Positions 17,703 to 26,881 of a stretch of 64,000 nt of DNA are shown one piece after another (the stretch's first letter is position 1; each line of letters starts with the position of its first letter). This DNA is from Candidatus Lindowbacteria bacterium RIFCSPLOWO2_12_FULL_62_27 (GTDB lineage Bacteria > Lindowbacteria > 2-12-FULL-62-27): positions 29,024 to 93,023 of the forward strand of contig MFPR01000017.1 in the NCBI GenBank assembly GCA_001784175.1. The letters are read 5' to 3'. The position numbers and the translations under genes were made by a program. Under the pieces are notes generated by a model. The model ran no database searches, was not told where the DNA came from, and saw nothing but the letters and a program-made list of their open reading frames with translations.

Positions 17703-20387
17703 ATGACGCAGGACGAAGCCGAGTGGAAGACCCGTAAAGAGCGAATCGACAAACGTCTCAAATTGCTCAACCCCGCGTGGTCCATCATCCATTACAAAGA
17801 AGGCATGGACACGTCCGTCCTGAAAGCCCACGCCGTCGAGGAGTATCCGACCCAAAACGGCCCCGCCGACTACGCGCTGTTTGTCGCCGGACGCCTTCTC
17901 GGTATACTTGAAGCAAAAAAAGTCGGTGTCGGCCCGCAGAATGTCCTCGAACAGGCCAAACGCTATGCCAAGGGTGTCACGGACGGATCTGGAAACTGGA
18001 ACGGCTTTCGCGTCCCGTTTCTATATTCCTCCAACGGCGAACTCATTTTCCACGCCGACGTCCGATCCGGCAAAATCATTTCACGCCAGCTGGCCGATTT
18101 CCATACGCCGGCCGCGCTCGCTGATTTTTTTGCTCACGCTCCCGACGCCGGCCACGCATGGCTGAAATCCACGCCGAATACGATTGATAAACTCCGCGAC
18201 TACCAAAAAAAGGCCATCGCCGCCTGTGAGTCGGCCATCCTCTCCGGCAAACGCGCCATGCTCGTCGCGATGGCAACTGGCACCGGCAAAACGTTCATGA
18301 CCGTCGCCCAAGTTTACCGCCAGCTGGAATCCAAGGCCGCCCGCCGAATCCTCTTTCTCGTCGACCGCAAAGCCCTCGCCGCGCAGGCTGTCCGCGCTTT
18401 CGCGTCGTTCCAGACGCCCCGAGGAAACAAATTCGATCAGGAGTACGAAGTTTACAGCCAGAAGTTTCGCAAGGAGGATTTCGGCGATGATGAGCCATAT
18501 GATCCGAAGCTGTTGCCGACCGAATACTTGACCAAACCGGACGCTTCAAAAACATTCGTCTATGTCTGCACCATCCAGCGCATGGCCATCAATCTCCTCG
18601 GAAAGCAGGCCTATCAGTCTGGAGGCGAAAGCGGAGAGGACGATGAGGATGCGGACAAACTCGATATTCCGATTCATGCCTTTGACGTGGTCATCGCCGA
18701 TGAGTGCCATCGCGGCTACACTTCCAAAGAAACCGGCATCTGGCGGCAGGTGCTCGACTATTTCGACGCCGTGAAAATCGGCCTGACCGCCACGCCGGCC
18801 GCCCACTCCCTGACCCTTTTCAGGGAGGTCGTCTACCGCTACACGACCGACGAGGCCATTGACGACGGCTGGCTCGTCGAATATGAACCGGTCAAAATCA
18901 ACTCGAACGTCCGCATGCAGGGCGCATTTCTCAAGGAAGGCGAACTCGTTGGCCGCGTCGACACGGAAACCGGCGTGGAAAAACTCGACGAGCTGGAGGA
19001 TGAGCGCGCCTACGACAGCAGTCAGATCGAAAGAGACATCACCGCGCCGGACAGCAACCGCAAAATTATCGCGGAAATCGCCAAATATGCTCTCGCCCAT
19101 GAAACCGAAACAGGCCGCTTTCCGAAAATCCTGATCTTCGCCGCCAACGATATCCCTCACACGTCCCACGCGCAACAACTCGTGAATATCGCGCGCGAGG
19201 TGTTCAACCGGGGGGATGACTTCGTCCAGAAAATCACCGGCGCCAAGGACGTCGACCGGCCGCTTCAGAGAATACGCGAGTTCCGAAACCGCCCCGAGCC
19301 TAAAATCGTTGTAACCGTCGACATGCTCTCAACCGGCGTCGACGTACCGGCCATCGAGTTCATCGTTTTTCTGCGCCCCGTAAAATCCCGCATCCTCTGG
19401 ACGCAGATGCTCGGACGCGGCACCCGCCGCTGTGACGCCATCAACAAAAAGAAGTTCGTCATCTTCGACTGCTTTAACGGCACGCTCATCGAATACTTCA
19501 AAAACTCCACCGATTTCAAAATCGAAATGCAGAAGGATACCGTGCCGATCGAAGAGGTCATCGAAAATATTTACAACAACGTCGACCGTGACTATCACGT
19601 CAAAGTCCTGGTACGCCGTCTGCGCCGTATTGAGCGCGATATGAGCGGCGAAGCCCGCGAACGGTTCGCGGCTTTTATTCCCGAGGGAGACATCGGCAAA
19701 TTCGCCGGCGACATCCCCCGCGCGATCAAGGCCGACTTCTCCGGCGCTATGAAACTGCTTCGCGACAAGAATTTTCAGGAACTCCTGCTGAATTACCCAA
19801 AGGCCAAACGAACTTTTTTGAAGGGATACGAGATCCAGGACACGGTCTCGTCGGAATTGGTCTTTCGCATGGGATCGGAATACAAAAAACCGGAAGACTA
19901 TCTGGTCTTGTTTGATCGGTTCGTCAAGGAACATCAAAACGAGATCGAAGCCATTCGCATCCTGCTGGCCCGGCCCAAAAAATGGAATCCGAAAGCGCTC
20001 GATGAATTGAAAAAGAAACTCGAACAGAACCAGTTCCGGCTATCGGACCTCCAAAAAGCCCACCGGCTCGTGTACCATAAGGACTTGGCCGACATCATTT
20101 CGATGATCAAGCATGCCGTGCGCAAGGAAGAGCCGGTTTTGTCGGCGGAAGAGCGGGTTGACCGCGCCATGAGCAATGTCACTTCAGGCAAGACATTCAC
20201 CGCCGAACAGCGCCAATGGCTGGATCTCATCCGCCACCATCTCGTGGAGAACCTGACGCTCGATCAGGAGGATTTCGACCTCGCGCCCATCTTCGAACAG
20301 CGCGGAGGCCTCGCCGTCGCCCGCAATGTCTTCCGTGACCGATTTGATTCTCTCATCGAGGAGATCAACTATGCCCTCGCGGCGTGA
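17703..20387 (+). CDS. hsdR: type I restriction enzyme R subunit
   Basis: N-terminal PD-(D/E)xK region (ADYALF...GILEAKK), SF2 helicase motifs MATGTGKT, DECH, GLTATP, arginine-finger-like QMLGRGTRR. Confidence 0.9.
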   Translation: MTQDEAEWKTRKERIDKRLKLLNPAWSIIHYKEGMDTSVLKAHAVEEYPTQNGPADYALFVAGRLLGILEAKKVGVGPQNVLEQAKRYAKGVTDGSGNWNGFRVPFLYSSNGELIFHADVRSGKIISRQLADFHTPAALADFFAHAPDAGHAWLKSTPNTIDKLRDYQKKAIAACESAILSGKRAMLVAMATGTGKTFMTVAQVYRQLESKAARRILFLVDRKALAAQAVRAFASFQTPRGNKFDQEYEVYSQKFRKEDFGDDEPYDPKLLPTEYLTKPDASKTFVYVCTIQRMAINLLGKQAYQSGGESGEDDEDADKLDIPIHAFDVVIADECHRGYTSKETGIWRQVLDYFDAVKIGLTATPAAHSLTLFREVVYRYTTDEAIDDGWLVEYEPVKINSNVRMQGAFLKEGELVGRVDTETGVEKLDELEDERAYDSSQIERDITAPDSNRKIIAEIAKYALAHETETGRFPKILIFAANDIPHTSHAQQLVNIAREVFNRGDDFVQKITGAKDVDRPLQRIREFRNRPEPKIVVTVDMLSTGVDVPAIEFIVFLRPVKSRILWTQMLGRGTRRCDAINKKKFVIFDCFNGTLIEYFKNSTDFKIEMQKDTVPIEEVIENIYNNVDRDYHVKVLVRRLRRIERDMSGEARERFAAFIPEGDIGKFAGDIPRAIKADFSGAMKLLRDKNFQELLLNYPKAKRTFLKGYEIQDTVSSELVFRMGSEYKKPEDYLVLFDRFVKEHQNEIEAIRILLARPKKWNPKALDELKKKLEQNQFRLSDLQKAHRLVYHKDLADIISMIKHAVRKEEPVLSAEERVDRAMSNVTSGKTFTAEQRQWLDLIRHHLVENLTLDQEDFDLAPIFEQRGGLAVARNVFRDRFDSLIEEINYALAA

Positions 20388-20440
20388 TTTCAATCTCCTC
20401 CCCCCTTGCGGGGGAGGCTGGGTGGGGGGTCGAGGACAAC

Positions 20441-21856
20441 ATGTCTGACATCGTCAACAAACTCTGGGGCTTTTGCCACACCCTCCGCCACGATGGCATC
20501 GATTACGGCGACTACATCGAACAGCTCACGTATCTGCTCTTCCTCAAAATGGCCGACGAACGCGAGGTCGTCATTCCCAAGGGCTTCGACTGGAATAGCC
20601 TCAAGACACGCTCCGGCACCGACTTGACCGACCACTACGCCGAAATCCTCCGAAAACTGCGCGAGGAAAAGGGACTGCTCGGCGACATCTTCGCCCAGTC
20701 CATGCCCCGGTTCAATAATCCCGTCAATCTCAAACGCCTCGTCACCATGATCGACGAGGAACACTGGTCGGCGATGGATGTCGACGTGAAAGGCGCCTGT
20801 TTCGAGGGACTGCTCGAGAAGGCGGCCAGCGAAGGCAAGAAAGGCGCCGGGCAATATTTCACGCCGCGCGTGCTCATTCAGTCGGTTGTCCGCGTCATGA
20901 AACCCGACCCGCGCGCCCGGACGGATTTCACCCTCTGCGACCCCGCCTGCGGCAGCGGTGGATTTCTCATGTCCGCCTATGAATGGCTCATGGGCGTCAC
21001 GAAAGGCGCGCTGGAGCGCGGCGAGATCAAACGCATCAAGACCAAGACCTACTTCGGCCAGGACCTCGTCCCGCGTCCCCGTCGCCTCGCGCTCATGAAT
21101 CTATATCTCCACGGCATCGTCCCAAAAATTTATCTCGGCGATGCCATCTATGAGCCCGATCGCGGCGAACTCTATGACTGCGTCCTCACCAACCCGCCCT
21201 TCGGCACCAAAGGCGCCAATCAAGCCCCTGACCGCGAGGATTTCACAATCGAGACCAGCAACAAACAGCTCAACTTTGTCCAGCACGTCGTGAACATCCT
21301 CAAAGACGGCGGCCGCGCCGCGATGGTTCTGCCGGACAACTGTCTCTTCGAAGGCAAAGCCGGCGAGGTCTTCAAGATTCTGATGCAGGACTGCAACCTC
21401 CACACGGTCCTGCGCCTGCCGCGCGGCACCTTCACGCCCTACAGTCAGGGCGTCAAAGCCAACGTCGTCTTTTTCCAAAAAGGCGTGAAGACCGAACACG
21501 TCTGGATTTTCGACGCCCGATCCAACGTCCCCGGCATCACCAAAAAAGACCGCCCCCTCGCCCGCGCGCACTTCGAGGAATTCGAAAAATGCTACGGCAA
21601 AGATCCCAACGGCCAGAGCAAACGCGAGGACACCGGCGAGTCGGGCCGGTTCCGCAAGTTCCACATCAGCGACATCGAAAACCGCGACTACAAACTCGAC
21701 ATCACCTGGCTCAAGGACGATTCCCTCGAAGACGCCGACGACCTCCCCGCCCCGGAAGAACTGGCCGCCGAAGCCATCACCGAACTCGAAGCCGCTGTGG
21801 ATGAACTCAAGGCAATCGTGGCACTTGTGGAAAATAATGAGGGCGTTGAGAAATGA
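20441..21856 (+). CDS. hsdM: type I restriction-modification N6-adenine DNA methyltransferase
   Basis: AdoMet motif DPACGSGGFL and catalytic NPPFG; N-terminus MSDIVNKLW typical of HsdM; ORF-track GTG at 20384 overlaps the hsdR stop. Confidence 0.9.
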   Translation: MSDIVNKLWGFCHTLRHDGIDYGDYIEQLTYLLFLKMADEREVVIPKGFDWNSLKTRSGTDLTDHYAEILRKLREEKGLLGDIFAQSMPRFNNPVNLKRLVTMIDEEHWSAMDVDVKGACFEGLLEKAASEGKKGAGQYFTPRVLIQSVVRVMKPDPRARTDFTLCDPACGSGGFLMSAYEWLMGVTKGALERGEIKRIKTKTYFGQDLVPRPRRLALMNLYLHGIVPKIYLGDAIYEPDRGELYDCVLTNPPFGTKGANQAPDREDFTIETSNKQLNFVQHVVNILKDGGRAAMVLPDNCLFEGKAGEVFKILMQDCNLHTVLRLPRGTFTPYSQGVKANVVFFQKGVKTEHVWIFDARSNVPGITKKDRPLARAHFEEFEKCYGKDPNGQSKREDTGESGRFRKFHISDIENRDYKLDITWLKDDSLEDADDLPAPEELAAEAITELEAAVDELKAIVALVENNEGVEK

Positions 21857-23358
21857 CCGACGAAATCCCGCTAGGGTGGACAAAAGCTCATATCTCCGAG
21901 ATATGTGATGTGTCGAAGGAACGCGGACGTGAGGGAATTACACCGTACCTCGAGATAGGGAACGTCGATATTGTGTCCAAGCGATACATGTTCACTGACA
22001 AGCTTTCGGTTAGAGGCTGTCAGATGGCGAAGCAAGATGATGTTCTTATTTCAAGGGTGAGACCAACCCGTGGGGCGATCGTTTGGATTCGTGAGAGCGA
22101 ATTGCACGTGTCTTCGGCTTTCACTGTACTGCGAGATTGTGGGACACTTTCAAAAAAATATCTTTGGTTATTTCTTGCTTGGAATCGTGCCTACCTCAAC
22201 CACCTTGGCGATAACTGCACTGGAACTATGTATCCGACCACTTCAGAGGATGCGATTACTGACTTTGATGTCCCTATCGCTCCACTTGCCGAGCAGAAGC
22301 GGATCGTCGAAAAACTGGACGCGGTGATGGCGCGGCTGGAGGCGTGCAAGTCCCGGCTGGCCCTCATCCCGCCCCTCCTCAAACGTTTCCGCCAATCCGT
22401 CCTCTCCGCCGCCTGCTCCGGGAAACTCACAGCCGATTGGCGCGAGCAAAATTTAATTATAGAAAATGCTGATGCTCTGCTCGACAGGATTAGAGAGAAG
22501 CGATTGGCATCAGCTCCGACCAAAAAAGAGAAGGCACGGATTGATGAAGTATTTGACGAGGGGAATCTGCGTATTGACGAGGGAGACCTTGGACTGGATG
22601 AGATTCCTGACACTTGGTTTGGCTGCCGCGTCGGCGCCGTTGGCGCGGTCTCCAACGGCAGCACGCCATCACGAAAGCGGCCGGATTTTTGGGGCGGAGC
22701 AATTCCGTGGGTCAGTTCGGGCGAAGTACGTAACAATATCATCTCGGCAACGCGCGAACGAATTACCAAAGCGGGCTACGAAGATAGTTCCGTGCGCCTC
22801 CTGCCCCGTGGCACCGTCCTGCTTGCCATGATTGGCGAGGGGAAAACCAGAGGGCAGACAGCCATCCTCCACATCGAGGCTACGATTAACCAGAACATCG
22901 CCGCCGTTGTTTTGGATCACGGTTTGCTTAGCTCCGCATACTTGTGGCGATGGTTTCAACTGCAATACGAAGCAACGCGAGAACGAGGCAGCGGGTCCGG
23001 CCCGCAGGCGTTGAACTGTCAACGAGTCCGTGAACTGCCCTTTGTTCTGCCCCCGTTGCCCGAACAACACGAAATCGTCTGTCGAGTGGAGGCGTTGTTC
23101 GCGATTGCGGACAAGATCGCGGAGCGCTACAAAAACGCCAAAGCCAACGTGGACAAACTGGCCCAATCCATCCTCACCAAAGCCTTCCGCGGCGAACTCT
23201 TGCCGCAGGACCCCTCAGACGAACCAGCCTCCTTACTCCTTGAGCGCATCCGCACACAGCGCATCAGCCGGGAAGCGCAGCAGAGCACCTCGAAGAAATC
23301 TCATCGGAATGGAATCAAAAGAGTGGCAAGACAGATACATAAGACTTTGAAAATATGA
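21853..23358 (+). CDS. hsdS: type I restriction-modification specificity subunit
   Basis: 4-bp overlap with hsdM; two target-recognition-domain halves separated by a conserved helical spacer (LAEQKRIVEKLDAVMARLE and LPEQHEIVCRVEALFAIADKI). Confidence 0.85.
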   Translation: MTDEIPLGWTKAHISEICDVSKERGREGITPYLEIGNVDIVSKRYMFTDKLSVRGCQMAKQDDVLISRVRPTRGAIVWIRESELHVSSAFTVLRDCGTLSKKYLWLFLAWNRAYLNHLGDNCTGTMYPTTSEDAITDFDVPIAPLAEQKRIVEKLDAVMARLEACKSRLALIPPLLKRFRQSVLSAACSGKLTADWREQNLIIENADALLDRIREKRLASAPTKKEKARIDEVFDEGNLRIDEGDLGLDEIPDTWFGCRVGAVGAVSNGSTPSRKRPDFWGGAIPWVSSGEVRNNIISATRERITKAGYEDSSVRLLPRGTVLLAMIGEGKTRGQTAILHIEATINQNIAAVVLDHGLLSSAYLWRWFQLQYEATRERGSGSGPQALNCQRVRELPFVLPPLPEQHEIVCRVEALFAIADKIAERYKNAKANVDKLAQSILTKAFRGELLPQDPSDEPASLLLERIRTQRISREAQQSTSKKSHRNGIKRVARQIHKTLKI

Positions 23359-23518
23359 ACATTACGCAATTGGCCTTTTATCTGAGTCTCACTCGTCGTC
23401 TCATTGGCACAACTACCATCCTTTCAACTGATTATGCTATTTTATTACATATACCTTGCCATTTGTTAAGTTTTATATTAGCAATGTCGATAGATGAAAT
23501 TAAGCGCCGGGTGGCCAT

Positions 23519-23893
23519 TTGAATACCACGGTTCTGCATGTTGGCGAAAAGTTGAAGGTCGAGGCGGTGCTCAATCCCGACGGAAAATGTCCGGCGCAGG
23601 AATTTTTGGATGAGCAGTTGGAAAGTGACAGGCAGAAAATCAAGGCCTTATTTTTCATGGTTGCTCTCAAGGGCAATCAGTTTCGAAACGGGGAGAAATT
23701 CAAGAAGCTCGATGGCGAAATTTTCGAATTCAAGAGTTATCAAATTCGCCTCCTCTGTTTCTTTCACAGAGGCGGCAGGTTGATCATCACTCACGGACTC
23801 ATCAAACAGACGGATAACATGCGAAGAGGGGAAATCGAGAAGGCGGAGCGAATCCGCCAACAGTTTCTTGCGGAGGAGGTTTCCCATGGCTGA
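23519..23893 (+). CDS. higB: HigB/RelE-superfamily toxin (Gp49-like)
   Basis: EFKSYQIRLLCFFHRGGRLIITHGLIKQTD resembles the Gp49-like/HigB fold; overlaps the downstream HTH gene. Confidence 0.55.
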   Translation: MNTTVLHVGEKLKVEAVLNPDGKCPAQEFLDEQLESDRQKIKALFFMVALKGNQFRNGEKFKKLDGEIFEFKSYQIRLLCFFHRGGRLIITHGLIKQTDNMRRGEIEKAERIRQQFLAEEVSHG

Positions 23894-24284
23894 AGAAACG
23901 TGGTTTGAAAAGCATCACAAAACCGACGAGGAGAAGCGGCTGTTCGCGCAGGAAGTCGCCATTCTGTCCGCGCTTGAAGAAGTCTGCCGGGTGATGGAAA
24001 CGGAAAACGTCTCCCGGGCGGACATGGCGACCAAACTCGGAAAAAGCCGGGCGTTTGTAACCCAGGTGCTGCGCGGCAGCAACAACATCACGATTCGTAC
24101 GCTCGCCGATTTCGCATGGGCCTGCGGCCGCACCGTCGATATCCGACTTCGCAAAGGCGCCGGACATAACTTCGAGCCGACCGTGTATGCCGAGTGGAAA
24201 GAGTCGGCGGAAACGCAGGCGACGGTCAACCCGTCGGGACCGGCTCAACAAGTAGAAGATTTGGAATCGTCGCTGGCAGGATGA
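23886..24284 (+). CDS. higA: HigA-like HTH antitoxin with C-terminal extension
   Basis: HTH MATKLGKSRAFVTQVLRGSNNITIRTLADFA; aromatic-containing C-terminal tail (EPTVYAEWKES) compatible with a chaperone-addiction region; 8-bp overlap with toxin gene. Confidence 0.55.
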   Translation: MAEETWFEKHHKTDEEKRLFAQEVAILSALEEVCRVMETENVSRADMATKLGKSRAFVTQVLRGSNNITIRTLADFAWACGRTVDIRLRKGAGHNFEPTVYAEWKESAETQATVNPSGPAQQVEDLESSLAG

Positions 24285-24754
24285 CGCCGGAACTCAAAAC
24301 GGCGGCCAAGGTTGCCGCCGTCTCACAGATTCAGAACGTCCGATTGACGTTTGTGCACTCCGATCTGCAACCCGGATTCGAAAAAGTTCTAAACGGAAAA
24401 TCCGAGATTCAGATTGACCACCGGATGACGGAATATATCGTTCGTGAAGACGAACTCCAACTCATCCTCGAATTCAAACTAAAGATCGTTGTTGAATCCG
24501 CAGAGGAGAAGACCGCCCCTCAACCTGGGGAAACTTCCACTCCGCCTCTCGAAATCCACGCAAAATTCTGCGTTGACTACACGGTCAAAGATCTCAAGAC
24601 TTTTTCTGAACAGGACATTCAGGCCTTCGCAAAAATCAACGCCGTTTTCAATTCGTGGCCCTACTGGCGGGAAATCGTCCAATCCACATTTTGGCGCATG
24701 GGCCTGCCGCCGTTCGTCATCCCCGTATTCCGGATGCCGCTGAAGTCAGATTAG
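24281..24754 (+). CDS. SecB-like chaperone of a TAC system
   Basis: AFAKINAVFNSWPYWREIVQSTFWRMGLPPFVIPVF parallels the SecB C-terminal conserved region; ATGA overlap with higA-like stop. Confidence 0.6.
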   Translation: MTPELKTAAKVAAVSQIQNVRLTFVHSDLQPGFEKVLNGKSEIQIDHRMTEYIVREDELQLILEFKLKIVVESAEEKTAPQPGETSTPPLEIHAKFCVDYTVKDLKTFSEQDIQAFAKINAVFNSWPYWREIVQSTFWRMGLPPFVIPVFRMPLKSD

Positions 24755-24767
24755 GCCGGCATTTCAT

Positions 24768-25592
24768 TCACACCTGCTCGACGCTAAACCCCTGCTTGAA
24801 TCTGACTGTCTTGCCGCACTTCGCACAACCCGCCGTCGCGCCATTCAGCACACGGTGCTTTCCGACAAAATTCTCCGCATCGCATGATGGGCACGGGTAT
24901 TTGACCTGCCGGAGGTGGACAATTATTTCATTGCCTTTGCCGGGTTCTACGTCGTAAACCGCTTGGCAGTTGGTGATGGGACACTTCACTCCCCCTTCGG
25001 CTGTGAAACTGCCGGCGCGACGCTGTATCTGCTCTCCGCAGTCTTGGCACTGAAACTCGAAAAACTGTCCGAAATTAACCCTGAAAATCGGCGACGTCAA
25101 AATTGCCTCGCACTCATCGGCAACGGCCGCCGCCCGCTTGATCATTCCAGCCAGATTGGAAGTTTTGCCGGACTCGATCTGGTGGATCGTTAGAGCGTGG
25201 AGAAAATTCCCCAGCGCGTTGTGGTTATCGTTGGCCCACTTCCGCGAAAACCTTCTGTCCTGCCCCAGCATCTGCATTTCCTCGCCCGGTGGCGGGACAC
25301 CGTACGTGTGTTCGATCCCAACCGCCAAGCTGACGCTCTGGTCGGCATGCGGGTCAACTTCGCGCATCTCTGAAATTACGTGTCTGGGCTGCCACTTCTT
25401 GAGCGCATCATTTGGAACTTCTTTCAGGTACGCCAGCAGTTGATCATAGGTGATGTACTCAATCGTGAGACGCAACTCGAGGCAGGCATACCGGACAGAA
25501 GGTTCATCGCCCTTTGCCAACAAATTCCTTGCACGAGCGAGACATTCGCGGGCCACGCATCGCATATCGGGCACGGTTATCGTCGCCGTCAT
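24768..25592 (-). CDS. hypothetical protein with C-terminal multi-zinc-ribbon region
   Basis: Helical N-terminal half; C-terminal CQDCGEQ, CPITNC, CPSCDAEN, CAKCGK cysteine pairs. Confidence 0.5.
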   Translation of the reverse strand: MTATITVPDMRCVARECLARARNLLAKGDEPSVRYACLELRLTIEYITYDQLLAYLKEVPNDALKKWQPRHVISEMREVDPHADQSVSLAVGIEHTYGVPPPGEEMQMLGQDRRFSRKWANDNHNALGNFLHALTIHQIESGKTSNLAGMIKRAAAVADECEAILTSPIFRVNFGQFFEFQCQDCGEQIQRRAGSFTAEGGVKCPITNCQAVYDVEPGKGNEIIVHLRQVKYPCPSCDAENFVGKHRVLNGATAGCAKCGKTVRFKQGFSVEQV

Positions 25593-26146
25593 TTTGCCCC
25601 TCCCCCGGTGGCGTGAGTTATTCTGCCTGTTTTCGGCGGCCCAAACCCACCGGCTTCATCCTTCTTCCGAATAATCTCCTCCTGGTCTTTCTTGGCCTGT
25701 TTTGCCGTGTGCTTATCGCCTCTTCTTGAAGCCTCACTTTCCTCAACGACTTTTCTGGAAAAGGCTTTATCCAAGTCTTCAAAATTCTTAGGAGTCATTT
25801 CGTATTCCTCCTTTAATTGTTCGTTGCAGGACGTGTCAAAGGCCGCCCGCAAGTCAGTTTCCTTATCCAGCCGTGAATCCTCGTCGCTATCGACGTGAAC
25901 ACAAATACAGTTGCCGCCATTCTTCTCAACACATGGCCATTTCTCGTGGGATGGGATCCTATCCGAGAGGGAATCGGTTTGGCCGATATAACGAGGCGTA
26001 TGTGTGCCTCCGTTCGATCCGACCACACGTTTGCTGAATATGTAGACAGCCCCGACATCTTTGAACCTCGTGTCTGTGGTATATGCTTGGAACTTGTACT
26101 CCGTGCCACTTCCTCCTGCAAAAGTAACGTCAGAAATTTTTGACAT
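25589..26146 (-). CDS. GIY-YIG-like nuclease-domain protein
   Basis: GAVYIFSKR ... PRYIGQTDSLSDRIPSH matches the GIY-(10-11)-YIG plus Arg pattern; 4-bp overlap with the downstream zinc-ribbon gene. Confidence 0.45.
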   Translation of the reverse strand: MSKISDVTFAGGSGTEYKFQAYTTDTRFKDVGAVYIFSKRVVGSNGGTHTPRYIGQTDSLSDRIPSHEKWPCVEKNGGNCICVHVDSDEDSRLDKETDLRAAFDTSCNEQLKEEYEMTPKNFEDLDKAFSRKVVEESEASRRGDKHTAKQAKKDQEEIIRKKDEAGGFGPPKTGRITHATGGGAK

Positions 26147-26438
26147 GTGAAACTCCTTCATTATCGAAGCCCGCGGCTGCCGGCGGTCCCAGCCACCGAG
26201 GTGCTCATTGTCATCAAGCTTATGTCGTCTGCAACGCGACGACGTTCTGACCGTTCACGTAAACGTGCGCAACCCGTCGACCATCTAAATCGATGGCCTT
26301 GCTGCACAAAAAAACACTCATCACAGGGGTCGTTTCCCCCCTCTCCTCGACTGGATTGCTCTTGCTGTACGGAAGGCCGCCATGCTAACGTCACTCTGGA
26401 CTAGTGAGGGACGGGGGCGGCCTGCCGGATGCGCAAGC

Positions 26439-26466
26439 GGACGGCGTCGTTACCGTCCTTTTTTAT
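26439..26466 (+). terminator. intrinsic-terminator-like hairpin followed by T-run
   Basis: GGACGG-cgtcgtta-CCGTCC followed by TTTTTTAT; no convincing + strand CDS upstream. Confidence 0.3.
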
Positions 26467-26522
26467 GGCTGTTTCACAATCTGAAAAACAAACACCATAA
26501 AAGCCGTATCATTCATCTGGAC

Positions 26523-26774
26523 TTACTTTCTCCTTCCACGCCTGCTGTGAATCAAGTCGTTCACAGACGCAAACCCGGTTTTCTGAAGAAGCGTTCCGAC
26601 ATGCATATCGTCCCGAACGCCGAAATCGCGGTTGTACTGTTTCTCCAATGTCGAAACGTGCTTGTCGTCACGCGTGTCCCGGAGCGGTCCGTTCGCATTC
26701 CGTGTCCGATAACCCCGCATTCCTGCTGCGTCTTTGGCCATATTCATCACCCCCTTTCTCTGCCGAATGTTCAA
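26523..26774 (-). CDS. small hypothetical protein, divergent from the ATPase operon
   Basis: 83-codon ORF, hydrophilic; coding status uncertain. Confidence 0.25.
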   Translation of the reverse strand: MNIRQRKGVMNMAKDAAGMRGYRTRNANGPLRDTRDDKHVSTLEKQYNRDFGVRDDMHVGTLLQKTGFASVNDLIHSRRGRRK

Positions 26775-26846
26775 TTATCTATATGTACCATATCTGTAAA
26801 AAAAATCAAGGTTTTAGATGATAATGTTATGGGTCACAAAAAAAGC

Positions 26847-26875
26847 TTGACAAAAACATGAATTTATCATAGAGT
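26847..26875 (+). promoter_or_regulatory. putative sigma70-type promoter for the ATPase-subtilase operon
   Basis: Consensus TTGACA at 26847-26852, 17-nt spacer, TAGAGT -10-like hexamer; preceded by an A7 tract. Confidence 0.2.
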
Positions 26876-26881
26876 CACAAT

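Noticed and set aside
26147-26404. 85-aa + strand ORF in the intergenic region upstream of the GIY-YIG-like gene
   Set aside because: Arg/Ser/Cys-rich odd composition, overlaps the likely promoter of the divergent operon; the region is treated instead as possibly encoding a small RNA.
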